A DNA stretch of 64,000 nt, taken from the NCBI GenBank assembly GCA_047285805.1, contig JBJBCN010000002.1, positions 1,248,001-1,312,000 on the forward strand, read 5' to 3'. Below, piece after piece: positions 30,164 through 41,152 of the stretch. The DNA comes from Synechococcus sp. (GTDB lineage Bacteria; Cyanobacteriota; Cyanobacteriia; PCC-6307; Cyanobiaceae). The translations under genes and the position numbers were made by a program. Below the pieces are notes generated by a model. It was given only the letters and a program-made list of their open reading frames with translations. It was not told where the DNA came from and did not search any database. Numbering within the stretch: position 1 is the first letter of the stretch; each line of letters starts with the position of its first letter.

Positions 30164-30340
30164 ATGAAAGCTCTATTACCCCTTCTTCTTCTTACGGGGC
30201 TTATTGCAGCCTGTAGCAGCAATGGACTCACGCCAGAGCGAAAAGCCTGCCTCGAGAAAGCAACCTCAGAAGCTGAGCGGATCGAGTGCAACAAGCAGTC
30301 AGCCATTGATGCTGACAAGGAAGCGGAAGCGTCGAAATAG
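30164..30340 (+). CDS. Small lipoprotein, 58 aa (not in ORF track)
   Basis: MKALLPLLLLTGLIAAC lipobox signal followed by SSNGLTPERKACLEKATSEAERIECNKQ. Confidence 0.65.
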   Translation: MKALLPLLLLTGLIAACSSNGLTPERKACLEKATSEAERIECNKQSAIDADKEAEASK

Positions 30341-31078
30341 TCCTGGCACTCCCCGCTACTGAGCAGTGGGTCGGGGAGCTCTTGTTAAGAGAGCCACGCT
30401 TGCTGTTCTCAGCATTCAATCCGGAGCTTTGTGCACTTTTTGCAGCGGCAGATGTAGTCATCGCCCTTGCTGCCAATCGCCTCCTGGCTTTCTCAAACCC
30501 ACTTCCGTATGAATAGTCAGTGGCATCCAGTTCGCAAGTTCGTCGGCACTCGGTGGTGTGTTGGTGCCATCAGTCATGCCCGAAGAATGCACTCAGGCTG
30601 AGAAGTGCACCATCGGTTACCAAGCCGCCGCGATGTAACCGCTTTTCAGCCACGATCACACTCACTTCCTGCGGAAGTAGCTGCAACTCAGAAGCCGAAA
30701 GGCATATGTGCAGCTGATGATTGGATTAGAGCCGCTGCTGGCATGCACACCTCAACAGGTGCTTGAAGCGCTCCTGCGGCGGTCCGCAGGCCCACACCAG
30801 AAGTTCAGTCGGTGACAAAAAGAACATCACTTCTGAAGCTGCTGCCGGATCATTTGCTCACGACCGCCGGGTCGGACAAGGGAGATAGAAGAGGCGGGCT
30901 GGCACCCGCATTTTCATGTCAGATTGACCGCTGCTTGGTTACATCAGCAGATGCTCCTGCCATTCCTGCTCCAGCTGGTCTTGGTAGGTAGCTCCAGCTA
31001 GCGCCATCGAGGATTTCTCTGTGCGCCAAGGCTGCCACTGGAAGCTGACAAGCAAGTTAGAAATTATGCTTTCTGTTC

Positions 31079-31261
31079 TCACCACTGAGCGTTGACAGGT
31101 TGCCATCCCAGCTGCATAAGAGAATTCCATAATTTGTGGGCATCTTCTGTTGTCATCATCGTGTGCTCTTCTACTAAGGGCAAATCCCAGCCCCGAAGAC
31201 TCGATTTTGCGACCAGGACACCGTCAGGGCCTTGAGAGCTTGCTGTCGTGAATCTGGCCAC
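31079..31261 (-). CDS. DUF1651-like protein (5' end uncertain, possibly decayed)
   Basis: C-terminal A..LW..L...GW....QW pattern typical of this picocyanobacterial family. Confidence 0.5.
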   Translation of the reverse strand: MARFTTASSQGPDGVLVAKSSLRGWDLPLVEEHTMMTTEDAHKLWNSLMQLGWQPVNAQW

Positions 31262-31342
31262 TGCCTGCCCACATGGGCTCTTGAGCCAACTCCTTTTCTG
31301 ACGAGAATCATTAGAAGATAAGAATGAGATGAGATGATCCTC

Positions 31343-32053
31343 TTACTTCTTTGCCGACCATGCATTAAGGACTTCTGGGAAATGATCTTGCATACACTTC
31401 TCGCATATTCCATGGCTAAAGTTTAAAGTAGAATGCCTTCCAAGGTATTGATCCAGGTACTCCCATCCTCCATCCAAGTCTTTAACTTTTCTGCAATATG
31501 CGCACGTCGTAATAATTTCCCCAGCACCCTTATGCTTACAAAAGCTCTCGATGAGCTTGACCGATCTTTTTCTAAGTTCGAGGAAAGCAACGACCTGCCT
31601 GGCAAGCGCTTTCATAATGAAAAGTTGATTCTCGCTGAGAACTCTTGGAACTGTATCAATGATACAAAGCGTCCCTATTCTTATGGAGTCATCAGTGCTC
31701 AATGGAAATCCTGCATAGAGCCTTATCCCTGGCTCACCACAGACCAGCGGGTTATCAGTAAATCGACGATCCTTTACGGCATCCTCGACGATCAACGGCT
31801 CTGAATCTTCTATGGCATGGGCGCAGAAAGACCAATCTCGCGGTGTTTCCTCTACGTCAGTGCCAACCTTGGACTTAAACCACTGTCGCCCAGAGTCGAC
31901 CAGGCTGATCAATGCTATAGGGGCTTCACATACTCTTGCTGCAATTTCGGTTATATCATCATAAGTTTGCTCTGGCTTAGTGCCCAGAATCCTATACTCT
32001 GTTAAAGCTTTGAGCCTCTCAGCCTCATTGCTCAGATGCGGCGGGTTGATCAA
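31343..32053 (-). CDS. GAF domain protein with C-terminal Cys cluster
   Basis: NEAERLKAL..Y.IL, RQWFKS, SFCAHAI, D.RF.DNPLV, GTLCIID; CAYC..SHGICEKC. Confidence 0.85.
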   Translation of the reverse strand: MINPPHLSNEAERLKALTEYRILGTKPEQTYDDITEIAARVCEAPIALISLVDSGRQWFKSKVGTDVEETPRDWSFCAHAIEDSEPLIVEDAVKDRRFTDNPLVCGEPGIRLYAGFPLSTDDSIRIGTLCIIDTVPRVLSENQLFIMKALARQVVAFLELRKRSVKLIESFCKHKGAGEIITTCAYCRKVKDLDGGWEYLDQYLGRHSTLNFSHGICEKCMQDHFPEVLNAWSAKK

Positions 32054-33384
32054 AGCAAACTCCTATCCAAGGTTTAACCTACATCAACAATGGCGAATAT
32101 CAACTCTTCAACATAAAGCTTAATTCAGCCTGCCTAAACTTGCGCGGGCTCATCGACGAAATAAGACTTTGACTAGTGCGCCTTTAGATACGCTCTTCTC
32201 TCGCCTTAAATTGATGATTAACTATTCCTGACCCTCACGGGTGGCTGCTTTGCCTATCTGTTGGAGTTGGTGATCGCTGAATTGTGAGAGTAGTGATTGT
32301 GATTGGTTGTTCATTTGCTTGAGTCAGTTTTTGTCGATTGTTGGTTTGTCTGACTCGAGTTCAAGCTGAATTGATGCTGTTGGAGCTGGTGAAGCTAGTT
32401 GGTCTTCGAGCCATCCAACGTGGCTTCCTCCGTTCTTGCTGATGAGTGCGAGGCGTTGGCTTCTACCTGTGGCTTTATTGTTCATTTTTGTGTGATTGAC
32501 TTTTTCTTTATCAGGTTCAGACTGGCTTTAACCGCTCAAGTGAAGTGCCTCCAATTGCTCTTCTGATCTCTACTTTTGTGTTTTGTGTGATTTACGGATC
32601 TGCTTACGGAGCAGCTCTTAACAGTAAGAATGAGAAGGTGGTCTTCCTGAACAAGGACTCTATGCTCGTTGCTATTGGCTTCTCTGCGCTTCTATTCCTT
32701 CTGAATAAGCCATTCGACTAAGCACTTATTACCGGTTAATGCCAGCTATCTCTGCCAAAAGGGCAGTGGGTATTTCACCTAGATTCGCTTGGGAAGTATT
32801 CCCGTAGGCTCCGCCTACAACACACTCCTGAAACACGAACCTAGACCCATACATAATTGGAAGAGGTTTCACAGGAGTTTTTGCTGCCGCCACTATGTCA
32901 TCGTGTCGAGATAAAGGGGTTGGAAACGGCTACTACTGACGAGTGCCTACAGCCCGTCTCTCCCAGGCGTCCAAGGAACGAACAACGACCTACTCCAACC
33001 AAGCTTTTGGTTGGCATTCAGAGTTGCACCTTTCTTTAACGACGTTCCCAATGGTCCGCTTTTATTGCCTTTTGCTGGCTTTGACTACTTTTGCAGTTGA
33101 AGGGGTTGTTTCCTCATCTATAGGGAAAGGATCAAGACCTAGTCTTTGTTCGCGTCTCTCGCCTATATAGATAAGGGATCACCAGATGCACCCAGAAGGA
33201 CCTGAAAGGCGGCTCTGGGTAGCCTGCAGGGCAGATTAAGTATATTCTGGCCCCCTTGCAGGCAATCGTGGCCGGCACAGAGATTTCATGACTGCTCTAT
33301 CGAGGCAAGTCAAAATTACTCTAAAGGGCAGATCTAGTTTATTTGCCGAATGACTTACTATCCTTAACTTACTTCACCCTTATA

Positions 33385-34842
33385 TTAAGTCCATCCGAGG
33401 GGTGATTGTGAACCAACCTTTTCCAGGTCTACCAGCTTTTCGTCAGATATTTTCCGCGCATAGCTCCTTGCTGTCGCTTCTGAACAGCGCTTCTTGACAG
33501 CACTCCGGCCATAGTGAGGAATCAAGATCTCAAGGCTGTGACCTGTGAGCTGCTTGACCAAGTAAATGTCCTTACCTTCCTCAATCTTATTAGTGATGCA
33601 GGAGGAGCGAAGGGAATAAGTTGTGTAGTCTTTATCTCCTCTTGTTGGAGTGAGTTTGACTCCGAGCTCTTGCCGCATTTGTTTCCAGGTCTCATGGAAC
33701 TGGGTATAGGTGTATGGCTTCTCCGTGTAAGGGTTGAAAAAGACATGGTCCTTCTGGATCAAAGCACGGAGTGAGTGCTTACGTCTGAACTCATCACAGA
33801 ACTGCCGCCAACAGATGAAGAAGTTTGCTGTGTTGCAGGGGACGTCTCGTGGCACTCCTGTTTTGGTGTGACGGATGTGGAGTGTTGCCTCAGGAAATTC
33901 AACAGTCTTACTGGACTCGCTTAAGTGATCCGCCATCTCAACCTTCACGTCGTCCCAGCGCAGACCAGCAAGCAGCACCTCTTTGATGGTGATCGACGCA
34001 TCAGTCTCGTACTTACGACGCTTCTCGATCTTTCCCAGCAACTCTGTCGGCCGAGTACCCGCGTTGTACGAGATCAGCACGAAGTGTCTGAACAGCTACC
34101 GCCAGTAGCCAACACGAGGGTTCCCAAACGCCTCGCCTGCCTTCGCCCAGCGCTCCAAGTACTGGTAGATCAAACGCCAATCAGGCTCCAGCGGGATTGG
34201 CGGGTTGGCATCGAGCTGGTCCTGACGAGTGACGAGCTTGGGGATCGTGGGAAGGATTTCCGTGTAACAACGAGGAATCAAGAAGTTCTGAAATCAGTCC
34301 TTCACATGGACCAGATCTTGCTTGACCGTCGATTCCTTAGGCGGCTTGCGCTCCGCCGTAGCGGAGATCAACTTCCAACCCTTAGTCAGTCTCCAGTTGG
34401 CGTAGTCAAGGAACGTGTCTCTATTGATCTCCCCGATGCTTGTGAGGCGCTTGTAGTTCAAGTGGTAGATCCGAACAGCACCAAGCAGATGGGAAGTAGT
34501 TCCCCTAACCGCGCTCTCACTGAGCTGACCAGTGGCCTGTCTCTCCTCTTTGACCTTGACCCAGGCCTTCAACAGATCGCTGATCGCATAAGTAGCCAAC
34601 GCATTCTGACCGCTCGCGTCCATCTCCTGCTGCAACGCCAGGAACAGGTGCTCTGCCTCCCGTAAAGCTACTTGCTGAGTCTTGGAGTTGAGCTGACGAC
34701 TGATGTAGCGCTTAGTGCCTTTGATCAGCTGCCTGTAAACCCAGACGCCAAGCTTCAGGTCGTACTGAACAATCTGCGCTCGACCAACCAGTATTTGATG
34801 CCTGAGCTGGTTTCCGTCAGCATCAAGACGCAAGCCACGCAT
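33385..34842 (-). pseudogene. Tyrosine recombinase/integrase with two in-frame nonsense codons
   Basis: Three track ORFs in the same frame separated by TGA (34294-34296) and TAG (34096-34098); GTRP, TKTG, YSLR, TGHS, HY catalytic motifs. Confidence 0.85.
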
Positions 34843-34981
34843 GACCCGGAGAAGCGGGGTTCAGGCCTAGGCCAGTTGGAATGAGTTGGGTGCCCCCCTA
34901 AGAACGCACTACTTGACTTACCACTTATGTCCTGGAATTACACGGATGCTCTGAACAAGGTTCGGCGTGCGGGGATTCTCG

Positions 34982-35956
34982 CTAACCGCCCGCCAGGCGA
35001 ACCTCGTGCACCCGCCGCTCTGCGTCCACCCGCAGCACGACATCAGCGGAGCGCCCGGCCACCAAGGCCGATTCCGGGATACAGACCTGAAGACTGCGCG
35101 TCATGGTGTCGAGCTCGTGCTCAGCCAGTCCAAACCCTGACTGTTGCTGCTGGCTCTGGTTCTGTTGACGCTTCCAGGCCATCACCGTGGAGAGGGTGGT
35201 CGGGCTCAGCTGCCAGAGACCGTCCAGGAGCCGCCAGACCTCCTGATAGGGGGCAAGGTTCCGTTCGATGACGGGCCGATAAGCCAATTCCGAAGGAGAA
35301 AGGGGAGTTAGGTCAGCGCTCAACTCCCCGTGACGGGACGCAGGCCAGGACCCGGCTCCGACAAACCAGCCCTCCAGGATCAACCGATCAGTGTTGAGCA
35401 GCCGAGTGCCCGCCCGATCGCCACGGCCCTGCCGCAGAGCCTTGTCAAACACGGGGACCTCGCAGGTCCCTTCATTTCGCCATTGCTGCAGAGCCCGGAG
35501 CAACAGCTCGACGTCGTGACTTCCCGGAATGCCCCGGGGCGCCTGCCACGGGTTGCCGGCCATCGCCGACTCCAGCTGCTCCCCTGGAAAATAGAAGTCG
35601 TCCAAAGAGAGAACCTCAACGACCATCCCCAAGCGGGCCGCGGCTGCCTTGATCCAGGCACAGAGGGTGGATTTGCCGCAGCCCGGCATCGCCGCCAAAC
35701 CCAGGAGAGAGCAAGGCGGGGACTGCTGGACTTGGTCCAGCAGGGGCAAGCCCACCGAGGCAATCCAGCGGGGATCCACCCCAACGGGCCAAGCCTCGCG
35801 GGCCAAGGACAGTCCATCGATGGCTGTCCAACGCGCCAGCCAATCAACCAGGGAGTCGTAGCCCAAGGCGGCGACCAGGGCCTCAAAACCACCGATCTCC
35901 CGGCAGCGATTCAGCTGCTCTGAGGCGGTCAGATCAAAGTCATGGTTGGCCGGCAT
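34982..35956 (-). CDS. P-loop kinase (D-glycerate 3-kinase / phosphoribulokinase-uridine kinase family)
   Basis: MPGCGKST, LSLDDFY, RGIPGSHD, PVFDKAL..GRGDR, ILEGW. Confidence 0.85.
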   Translation of the reverse strand: MPANHDFDLTASEQLNRCREIGGFEALVAALGYDSLVDWLARWTAIDGLSLAREAWPVGVDPRWIASVGLPLLDQVQQSPPCSLLGLAAMPGCGKSTLCAWIKAAAARLGMVVEVLSLDDFYFPGEQLESAMAGNPWQAPRGIPGSHDVELLLRALQQWRNEGTCEVPVFDKALRQGRGDRAGTRLLNTDRLILEGWFVGAGSWPASRHGELSADLTPLSPSELAYRPVIERNLAPYQEVWRLLDGLWQLSPTTLSTVMAWKRQQNQSQQQQSGFGLAEHELDTMTRSLQVCIPESALVAGRSADVVLRVDAERRVHEVRLAGG

Positions 35957-35958
35957 TG

Positions 35959-36693
35959 TTAGGCGATCAACTTCAGCAGCCCCATCTGCCCGCCCGCCAG
36001 AAGCTGATGATGAGCCTGGCTGAAGCCAGCATCCCGAGCCAACTGCTCTTGCTGGGGGCCGGTCGGGAAACGCGCGAGGCTGTCCTCCAGGTAGGCGTAC
36101 TGGGCCTCGAGGCCCGCCCGCTTGGCAAGGGGCACTACCAACTGACGCAGGTAGAAGCGTTGGAACTGAGCCGTCATCCCCTGGGGGTTGAGGGCTCGGT
36201 TGAAATCGAGAACTGCCGCCCGCCCGCCGGTACAGAGCAACCGCCGCAGTTCCCGCAGCCCTGCCGCGGGTTCCGCCAGGTTGCGCAGGCCGTAGGCCAT
36301 CACTGCACCATCGGCCCAGCCATTCGCCAGCTTCGTGGCCTGGGCATCGGCCTGGCGAAACTCGAGCGGCAACCAGGGGCAACGGGCGGCCCGCCGCCGG
36401 GCCTGCACAAGCGGCGCTGCCGCCGCATCCAATCCCAGGACGAGGCCAGCCGGCCGCACCTTCTCCGCCAGCAACAACGCCAAATCGCCGGTGCCGCAGC
36501 AGAGGTCCAGCAGCCTCAGCCCGGGGGCCGGTTGCAGCCAGGCCACCGCCTGACGCTTCCAGAGGCGATGCAAGCCCAGGCTGAGCAGGTCGTTCAGCCG
36601 GTCGTATTCGGGAGCAATCCGGTCGAACAGCTCACGGACCGCTTCGGGATTCCCGGGTGGAATCGCAGTGGAGGACTCAGGGCTCGGCGGCAT
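35959..36693 (-). CDS. menG: Demethylphylloquinol methyltransferase MenG/UbiE
   Basis: FDRIAPEYDRLNDLLSLGLHRLWK, LDLCCGTGD, YGLRN. Confidence 0.92.
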   Translation of the reverse strand: MPPSPESSTAIPPGNPEAVRELFDRIAPEYDRLNDLLSLGLHRLWKRQAVAWLQPAPGLRLLDLCCGTGDLALLLAEKVRPAGLVLGLDAAAAPLVQARRRAARCPWLPLEFRQADAQATKLANGWADGAVMAYGLRNLAEPAAGLRELRRLLCTGGRAAVLDFNRALNPQGMTAQFQRFYLRQLVVPLAKRAGLEAQYAYLEDSLARFPTGPQQEQLARDAGFSQAHHQLLAGGQMGLLKLIA

Positions 36694-36994
36694 CCCAGGG
36701 CAACGAGATCGCGTCGAGACTGACACCTGCTGCCATCAACTCGGACTGATTGGTCTCCAGCGCAGAGAAGTAGCCCTGGGCTTCGAGTCGGTCAGCAGTG
36801 GTGAAGGTCATCACCATCACCGTGGCTAAACCGATGGCCGCCGAGCAAACCATGCAACCGGCAAGCATCAAGGAGAACTCCTTACGGTCACTGGCCGCCT
36901 GCATCAACTGCAGGGCCCAAGCAACCATCGCCAGCACCACGAGAACGATGGCTCCTGCCAGCACTGGGGAATGGCTCTGGTCGAGGGCCAGCAA
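36677..36994 (-). CDS. Hypothetical membrane protein
   Basis: Two TM segments, EFSLMLAG; between hisF and menG. Confidence 0.65.
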   Translation of the reverse strand: MLALDQSHSPVLAGAIVLVVLAMVAWALQLMQAASDRKEFSLMLAGCMVCSAAIGLATVMVMTFTTADRLEAQGYFSALETNQSELMAAGVSLDAISLPWDAAEP

Positions 36995-37032
36995 TGGTGT
37001 GGTACCAAAACTGCAACAACTGTAACGGCGCG

Positions 37033-37824
37033 TTAAGCAGCGTGTGGCCCCAGCTCCAGTGGACGAATGGTGAGTCCACGGCCCAGCAGGTCGGCCTTGA
37101 TCTCCTCCACCGTCAGCACTCCGTCATGCAGCAGGGAGGCCAGCAGGGCTGCCGAGGCGTGCCCGCCACTTGCTGAGGGATCCAGGGCCTGGGCGATGTG
37201 GTCGATGCAACCGGCACCACCGCTGGCAATCACTGGCACATCCACCGCATCCGCGACCGCCCGGGTCAGATTCAGCTCGTAGCCTGACTGGGTGCCATCA
37301 CCATCCATGGAAGTCAGCAGGATCTCCCCGGCGCCGAGCTCCACCACGCGCCGGGCCCACTCGACCGCATCCAGACCGGTGTTCTCACGCCCGCCTTTGA
37401 CGTAGACGTCCCAGCCGCCCTCGCGCCGGCGAGCATCGATGGCCACAACGATGCACTGACAACCAAACCGTTCTGCGCCGCGGGCCAACAGTTCGGGATC
37501 GCGGACCGCCGATGAGTTCAGGCTCACCTTGTCGGCACCGGCACGCAGTAATTCGGTGATGCCCTCCACCGAACTGATGCCACCGCCCACGGTGAAGGGG
37601 ATCGTGACCGCCTCAGCGGTGCGCCGCACTAGGTCCACTAAGGTATCTCGCCCCTGGTGACTGGCGGCGATGTCCAGGAACACCAACTCATCGGCCCCGG
37701 AGGCGCTGTAGCGGCAGGCCAGCTCGACGGGATCGCCGGCATCACGCAGGCCGACGAAGTTCACCCCCTTGACCACCCGGCCATCAGCCACATCTAGGCA
37801 GGGAATGATCCGTTTGGCGACCAT
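37033..37824 (-). CDS. hisF: Imidazole glycerol phosphate synthase subunit HisF
   Basis: [37 protein letters not shown]. Confidence 0.98.
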   Translation of the reverse strand: MVAKRIIPCLDVADGRVVKGVNFVGLRDAGDPVELACRYSASGADELVFLDIAASHQGRDTLVDLVRRTAEAVTIPFTVGGGISSVEGITELLRAGADKVSLNSSAVRDPELLARGAERFGCQCIVVAIDARRREGGWDVYVKGGRENTGLDAVEWARRVVELGAGEILLTSMDGDGTQSGYELNLTRAVADAVDVPVIASGGAGCIDHIAQALDPSASGGHASAALLASLLHDGVLTVEEIKADLLGRGLTIRPLELGPHAA

Positions 37825-37878
37825 GGGGGCAAGGCTTGCAACGGGTTAGCCTGACGCAACTTTTTCGTCGCGCCGGAC

Positions 37879-38091
37879 ATGTCCCAGGCTGCCATCACCG
37901 TCGGCTCGAAGGTGCGGGTCACCCGGGTGCGCGATCGCATCCCCGCCGACCTGGTTTCCGCCCTGCAGAGCGATTCCACAGGCACCGTCAAGGACTTCAA
38001 GGTCACCGATGGCCAGGGCATCGGTGTGGTGGTTGAGCTGAGCAACGGCACCACCATCTGGTTCTTCGACGACGAGATCACCGCCGCCTGA
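37879..38091 (+). CDS. petP: DUF2862 / cytochrome b6f subunit PetP-like protein
   Basis: G.KVRV.RVRDR, FK.TDG.GIG.VV, WFF.DE. Confidence 0.75.
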   Translation: MSQAAITVGSKVRVTRVRDRIPADLVSALQSDSTGTVKDFKVTDGQGIGVVVELSNGTTIWFFDDEITAA

Positions 38092-38102
38092 AGCCCCCGT
38101 TC

Positions 38103-39086
38103 GTGAGCGAATCCCCCAACCCCACCGCCTCCACTGGTAGCGGTGCCCGGCAACTGCTGGGCATGAAAGGTGCCAGCGGCACCGCCAACATCTGGAAGAT
38201 CCGTCTTCAGCTCATGAAGCCGGTCACCTGGATTCCCTTGATCTGGGGGGTTCTCTGTGGAGCAGCGGCCTCCGGGAACTTCCACTGGAGCATCTCTGAG
38301 GTCGGCGCTTCGATCGCCTGCATGGTGATGAGTGGTCCGCTGCTTGCTGGGTTCACCCAGACCATCAACGACTATTACGACCGCGAAATCGACGCGATCA
38401 ACGAGCCCTATCGGCCGATTCCCTCCGGAGCCATTCCCCTCTGGCAAGTGAAAGCACAGATCTTGGTCCTGCTGCTGGCCGGTCTGGGTGTGGCCTACGG
38501 CCTCGACCTCTGGGCCGGCCACGACACCCCGGTGCTCTTCCTGCTCGCCTTGGGCGGCTCGTTTGTCAGCTACATCTATTCGGCGCCCCCGCTCAAGCTC
38601 AAGCAGAACGGCTGGCTGGGGAACTACGCGCTCGGGGCCAGCTACATCGCGCTGCCCTGGTGGGCGGGCCAAGCCCTCTTTGGCCACCTGTCCTGGACCA
38701 CCGCGGTCCTGACCCTGGCCTATTCCCTGGCTGGTCTTGGCATTGCGGTGGTCAATGACTTCAAGAGCGTTGAGGGCGACCGTGCACTGGGTCTCCAGTC
38801 CCTGCCGGTGGCCTTTGGCATCGAAAAGGCCAGCTGGATCAGCGCCGGGATGATTGATGTCTTCCAGCTAGCAATGGTGGCGGTTCTGATCGCCATCGGC
38901 CAACATTTCGCTGCGGTGCTGCTGGTGCTGTTGATCGTTCCCCAGATCACTTTCCAGGACATCTGGCTGCTGCGCGATCCGGTGGCCTTTGACGTCAAGT
39001 ACCAGGCCAGTGCCCAACCCTTCCTGGTGCTCGGAATGCTCGTCACCGCTCTGGCGATCGGGCACAGCGACCTGGTGGTGATGTGA
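38103..39086 (+). CDS. chlG: Chlorophyll synthase
   Basis: RQLLGMKG, LMKPVTWIPLIWG, NDYYDREIDAINEPYRPIPSG, KYQASAQPF. Confidence 0.98.
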   Translation: MSESPNPTASTGSGARQLLGMKGASGTANIWKIRLQLMKPVTWIPLIWGVLCGAAASGNFHWSISEVGASIACMVMSGPLLAGFTQTINDYYDREIDAINEPYRPIPSGAIPLWQVKAQILVLLLAGLGVAYGLDLWAGHDTPVLFLLALGGSFVSYIYSAPPLKLKQNGWLGNYALGASYIALPWWAGQALFGHLSWTTAVLTLAYSLAGLGIAVVNDFKSVEGDRALGLQSLPVAFGIEKASWISAGMIDVFQLAMVAVLIAIGQHFAAVLLVLLIVPQITFQDIWLLRDPVAFDVKYQASAQPFLVLGMLVTALAIGHSDLVVM

Positions 39087-41152
39087 AGCAACGGCGCCAG
39101 CGGCAGCTGATCTCAGCCGGTCTCGTTGGAGCGGGCGCCGGTCTGGCCGTGGGTCTGGCCCAGACGGTCGTGACACGTGGCGTCGACAGCCTGCTGCCGA
39201 GCGTGCGCGGCGTCAGCAGCTACAACCGGCCGGGCACCTTGACCCTGCTGGCGAGCGATGGCCAGGTGATCCAGAAGCTGGGCCCCGCAACGCGAGAAAA
39301 GCTGGTCACTGGCAAGATGCCCCTGCTGGTGCAACGGGCCTTCATCGCAGCCGAGGACCGGCGCTTCTACCAACACCACGGCATCGATCCCATCGGCATC
39401 AGCCGGGCGATGGTGCGCAACATCTCCAGCGGCTCGGTCGAAGAAGGTGCGAGCACGATCACCCAGCAGCTGGCCCGGACGGTCTTCCTAAGTCAGGACC
39501 GCACGATCATCCGCAAGCTCAAGGAGGCCTTGCTTGCTGGAAAGCTCGAGCGTCAGCTGAGCAAGGAGCAGATCCTTCAGCAGTACCTGAACTACGTCTA
39601 TTTGGGAGCAGGGGCCTACGGGGTCTCCGATGCGGCCTGGATCTACTTCTCCAAGACCCCCTCGGAGCTGAACCTGCCGGAGGCTGCCTTGATCGCAGGC
39701 TTGCCGCCGGCGCCCTCGATCTACTCCCCCCTGGTCAATCCCAATCTGGCTCTGCAGCGCCGGGCAATCGTGCTGCGCCGGATGCGCGAAACCGGATTCA
39801 TTGACGACCTGCAGTTCGCGAGCGCCAAGGGCTCCCCGTTGTTGCTGAAGCCCGCGGAGCCGAAGTACTTCACCAGCCGAGCCCCCTACTTCACCAGTTG
39901 GGTGGCGCAAGAACTGCCTTCGATCCTCTCCAAGGAGCAGCTGGAAGTGGGCGGCCTCACGATTCGCACCAGCTTGAACATTGACTGGCAGGAGAAGGCC
40001 CAGAGCACGATCAACCGCCACACCCCGGGGGCGATGGAAGGGGCCGTGGTGTCGATGGAGCCCGGCACCGGTCTGGTCCGCTCAATGGTAGGGGGCAAGG
40101 ACTTCAACGACAGCCAGTTCAACCGCGCCTCCCAGGCGTTGCGCTCCCCTGGCTCCACGTTCAAGTTGTTCGTCTACCTCAGTGCCCTGAAAGAAGGATG
40201 GAGACCTGAAGACAAGATCACCGACCGCAAGGTCTGCTACCGCGGCTATTGCCCGAAGAATTTTAAGGACAAGTACTTCGGAACCGTTCCGCTCTGGAAG
40301 GCCCTGCAGAACTCCCTCAACACGGTCTCGGTGAGCCTTCTGAAGCAGGTGGGCTTTGACAAGGTGATCAGCACCACGAACAGCCTGGGTATCACAAAGG
40401 GGCTGGGTCGCTTCTACCCGCTGGGGGTGGGCGCCACCGAGCAAACCGTGCTGGACATGACCGCGGCTTATGCGGGAATATTCAACCGCGGGGTGTACAT
40501 CAAGCCAACACCGTTTGAGGAAATCCTGGGCCCGGGCGGCGAACTGCTCTGGAGCCGGCGGGTCAATGGCGATCAGGGCAAGCGCGTTGTCCCCAGCGAC
40601 ATCGCCGACTCGATGCTTTGGATGCTACAAAAAGTCGTCAGCGGCGGTACGGGCTACGGGGCTGTTCCCCCAGGGCGCCCCGCCGCCGGTAAGACAGGCA
40701 CCTCCGAGGGAGGCCGAGACCTGTGGTTCATCGGCGGCATCCCCCAGCTCGTCACCGGCCTCTGGCTCGGCTACGACGACAACAAGGAGACCAAGAGCAC
40801 CAGCTCCCGCGCCGTCATCGCTTGGTCGGAGTACATGGCTCCGATCCTCAAGGAACTACCGGTGGAGCAGTTCCCGCCAAAGCCGGTGCTGAAGGCCAAG
40901 TTCAATCCCCTCAAGGCCCTCACCGAGAACCTCAAGTTGGTAAAGCCAGAGGACGGGGAGACCCCGCTCGAGGAGACCACTGAAGAGACCACTGCACCCA
41001 CAGCCCCCAGGCAGCCCAGCATGAGCACGCCGGTCCCGGTCCGTCCCGCGAAGCGCCTGGACCCCTGCGGAAGCATGCAGACCAACCCGCGCTACGTGGA
41101 CTGCCGCTTCGATTTGCTGGACCGGCGCAGCAGACCCACGCCGACTCCTTAA
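39083..41152 (+). CDS. Class A penicillin-binding protein
   Basis: EDRRFYQHHG, GASTITQQL, SPGSTFK, SLN, GKTGT. Confidence 0.95.
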   Translation: MKQRRQRQLISAGLVGAGAGLAVGLAQTVVTRGVDSLLPSVRGVSSYNRPGTLTLLASDGQVIQKLGPATREKLVTGKMPLLVQRAFIAAEDRRFYQHHGIDPIGISRAMVRNISSGSVEEGASTITQQLARTVFLSQDRTIIRKLKEALLAGKLERQLSKEQILQQYLNYVYLGAGAYGVSDAAWIYFSKTPSELNLPEAALIAGLPPAPSIYSPLVNPNLALQRRAIVLRRMRETGFIDDLQFASAKGSPLLLKPAEPKYFTSRAPYFTSWVAQELPSILSKEQLEVGGLTIRTSLNIDWQEKAQSTINRHTPGAMEGAVVSMEPGTGLVRSMVGGKDFNDSQFNRASQALRSPGSTFKLFVYLSALKEGWRPEDKITDRKVCYRGYCPKNFKDKYFGTVPLWKALQNSLNTVSVSLLKQVGFDKVISTTNSLGITKGLGRFYPLGVGATEQTVLDMTAAYAGIFNRGVYIKPTPFEEILGPGGELLWSRRVNGDQGKRVVPSDIADSMLWMLQKVVSGGTGYGAVPPGRPAAGKTGTSEGGRDLWFIGGIPQLVTGLWLGYDDNKETKSTSSRAVIAWSEYMAPILKELPVEQFPPKPVLKAKFNPLKALTENLKLVKPEDGETPLEETTEETTAPTAPRQPSMSTPVPVRPAKRLDPCGSMQTNPRYVDCRFDLLDRRSRPTPTP

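Noticed and set aside
35957..36382. Long N-terminal extension of the kinase ORF (466 aa)
   Set aside because: Overlaps menG in another frame; a GC-rich open-frame artefact.
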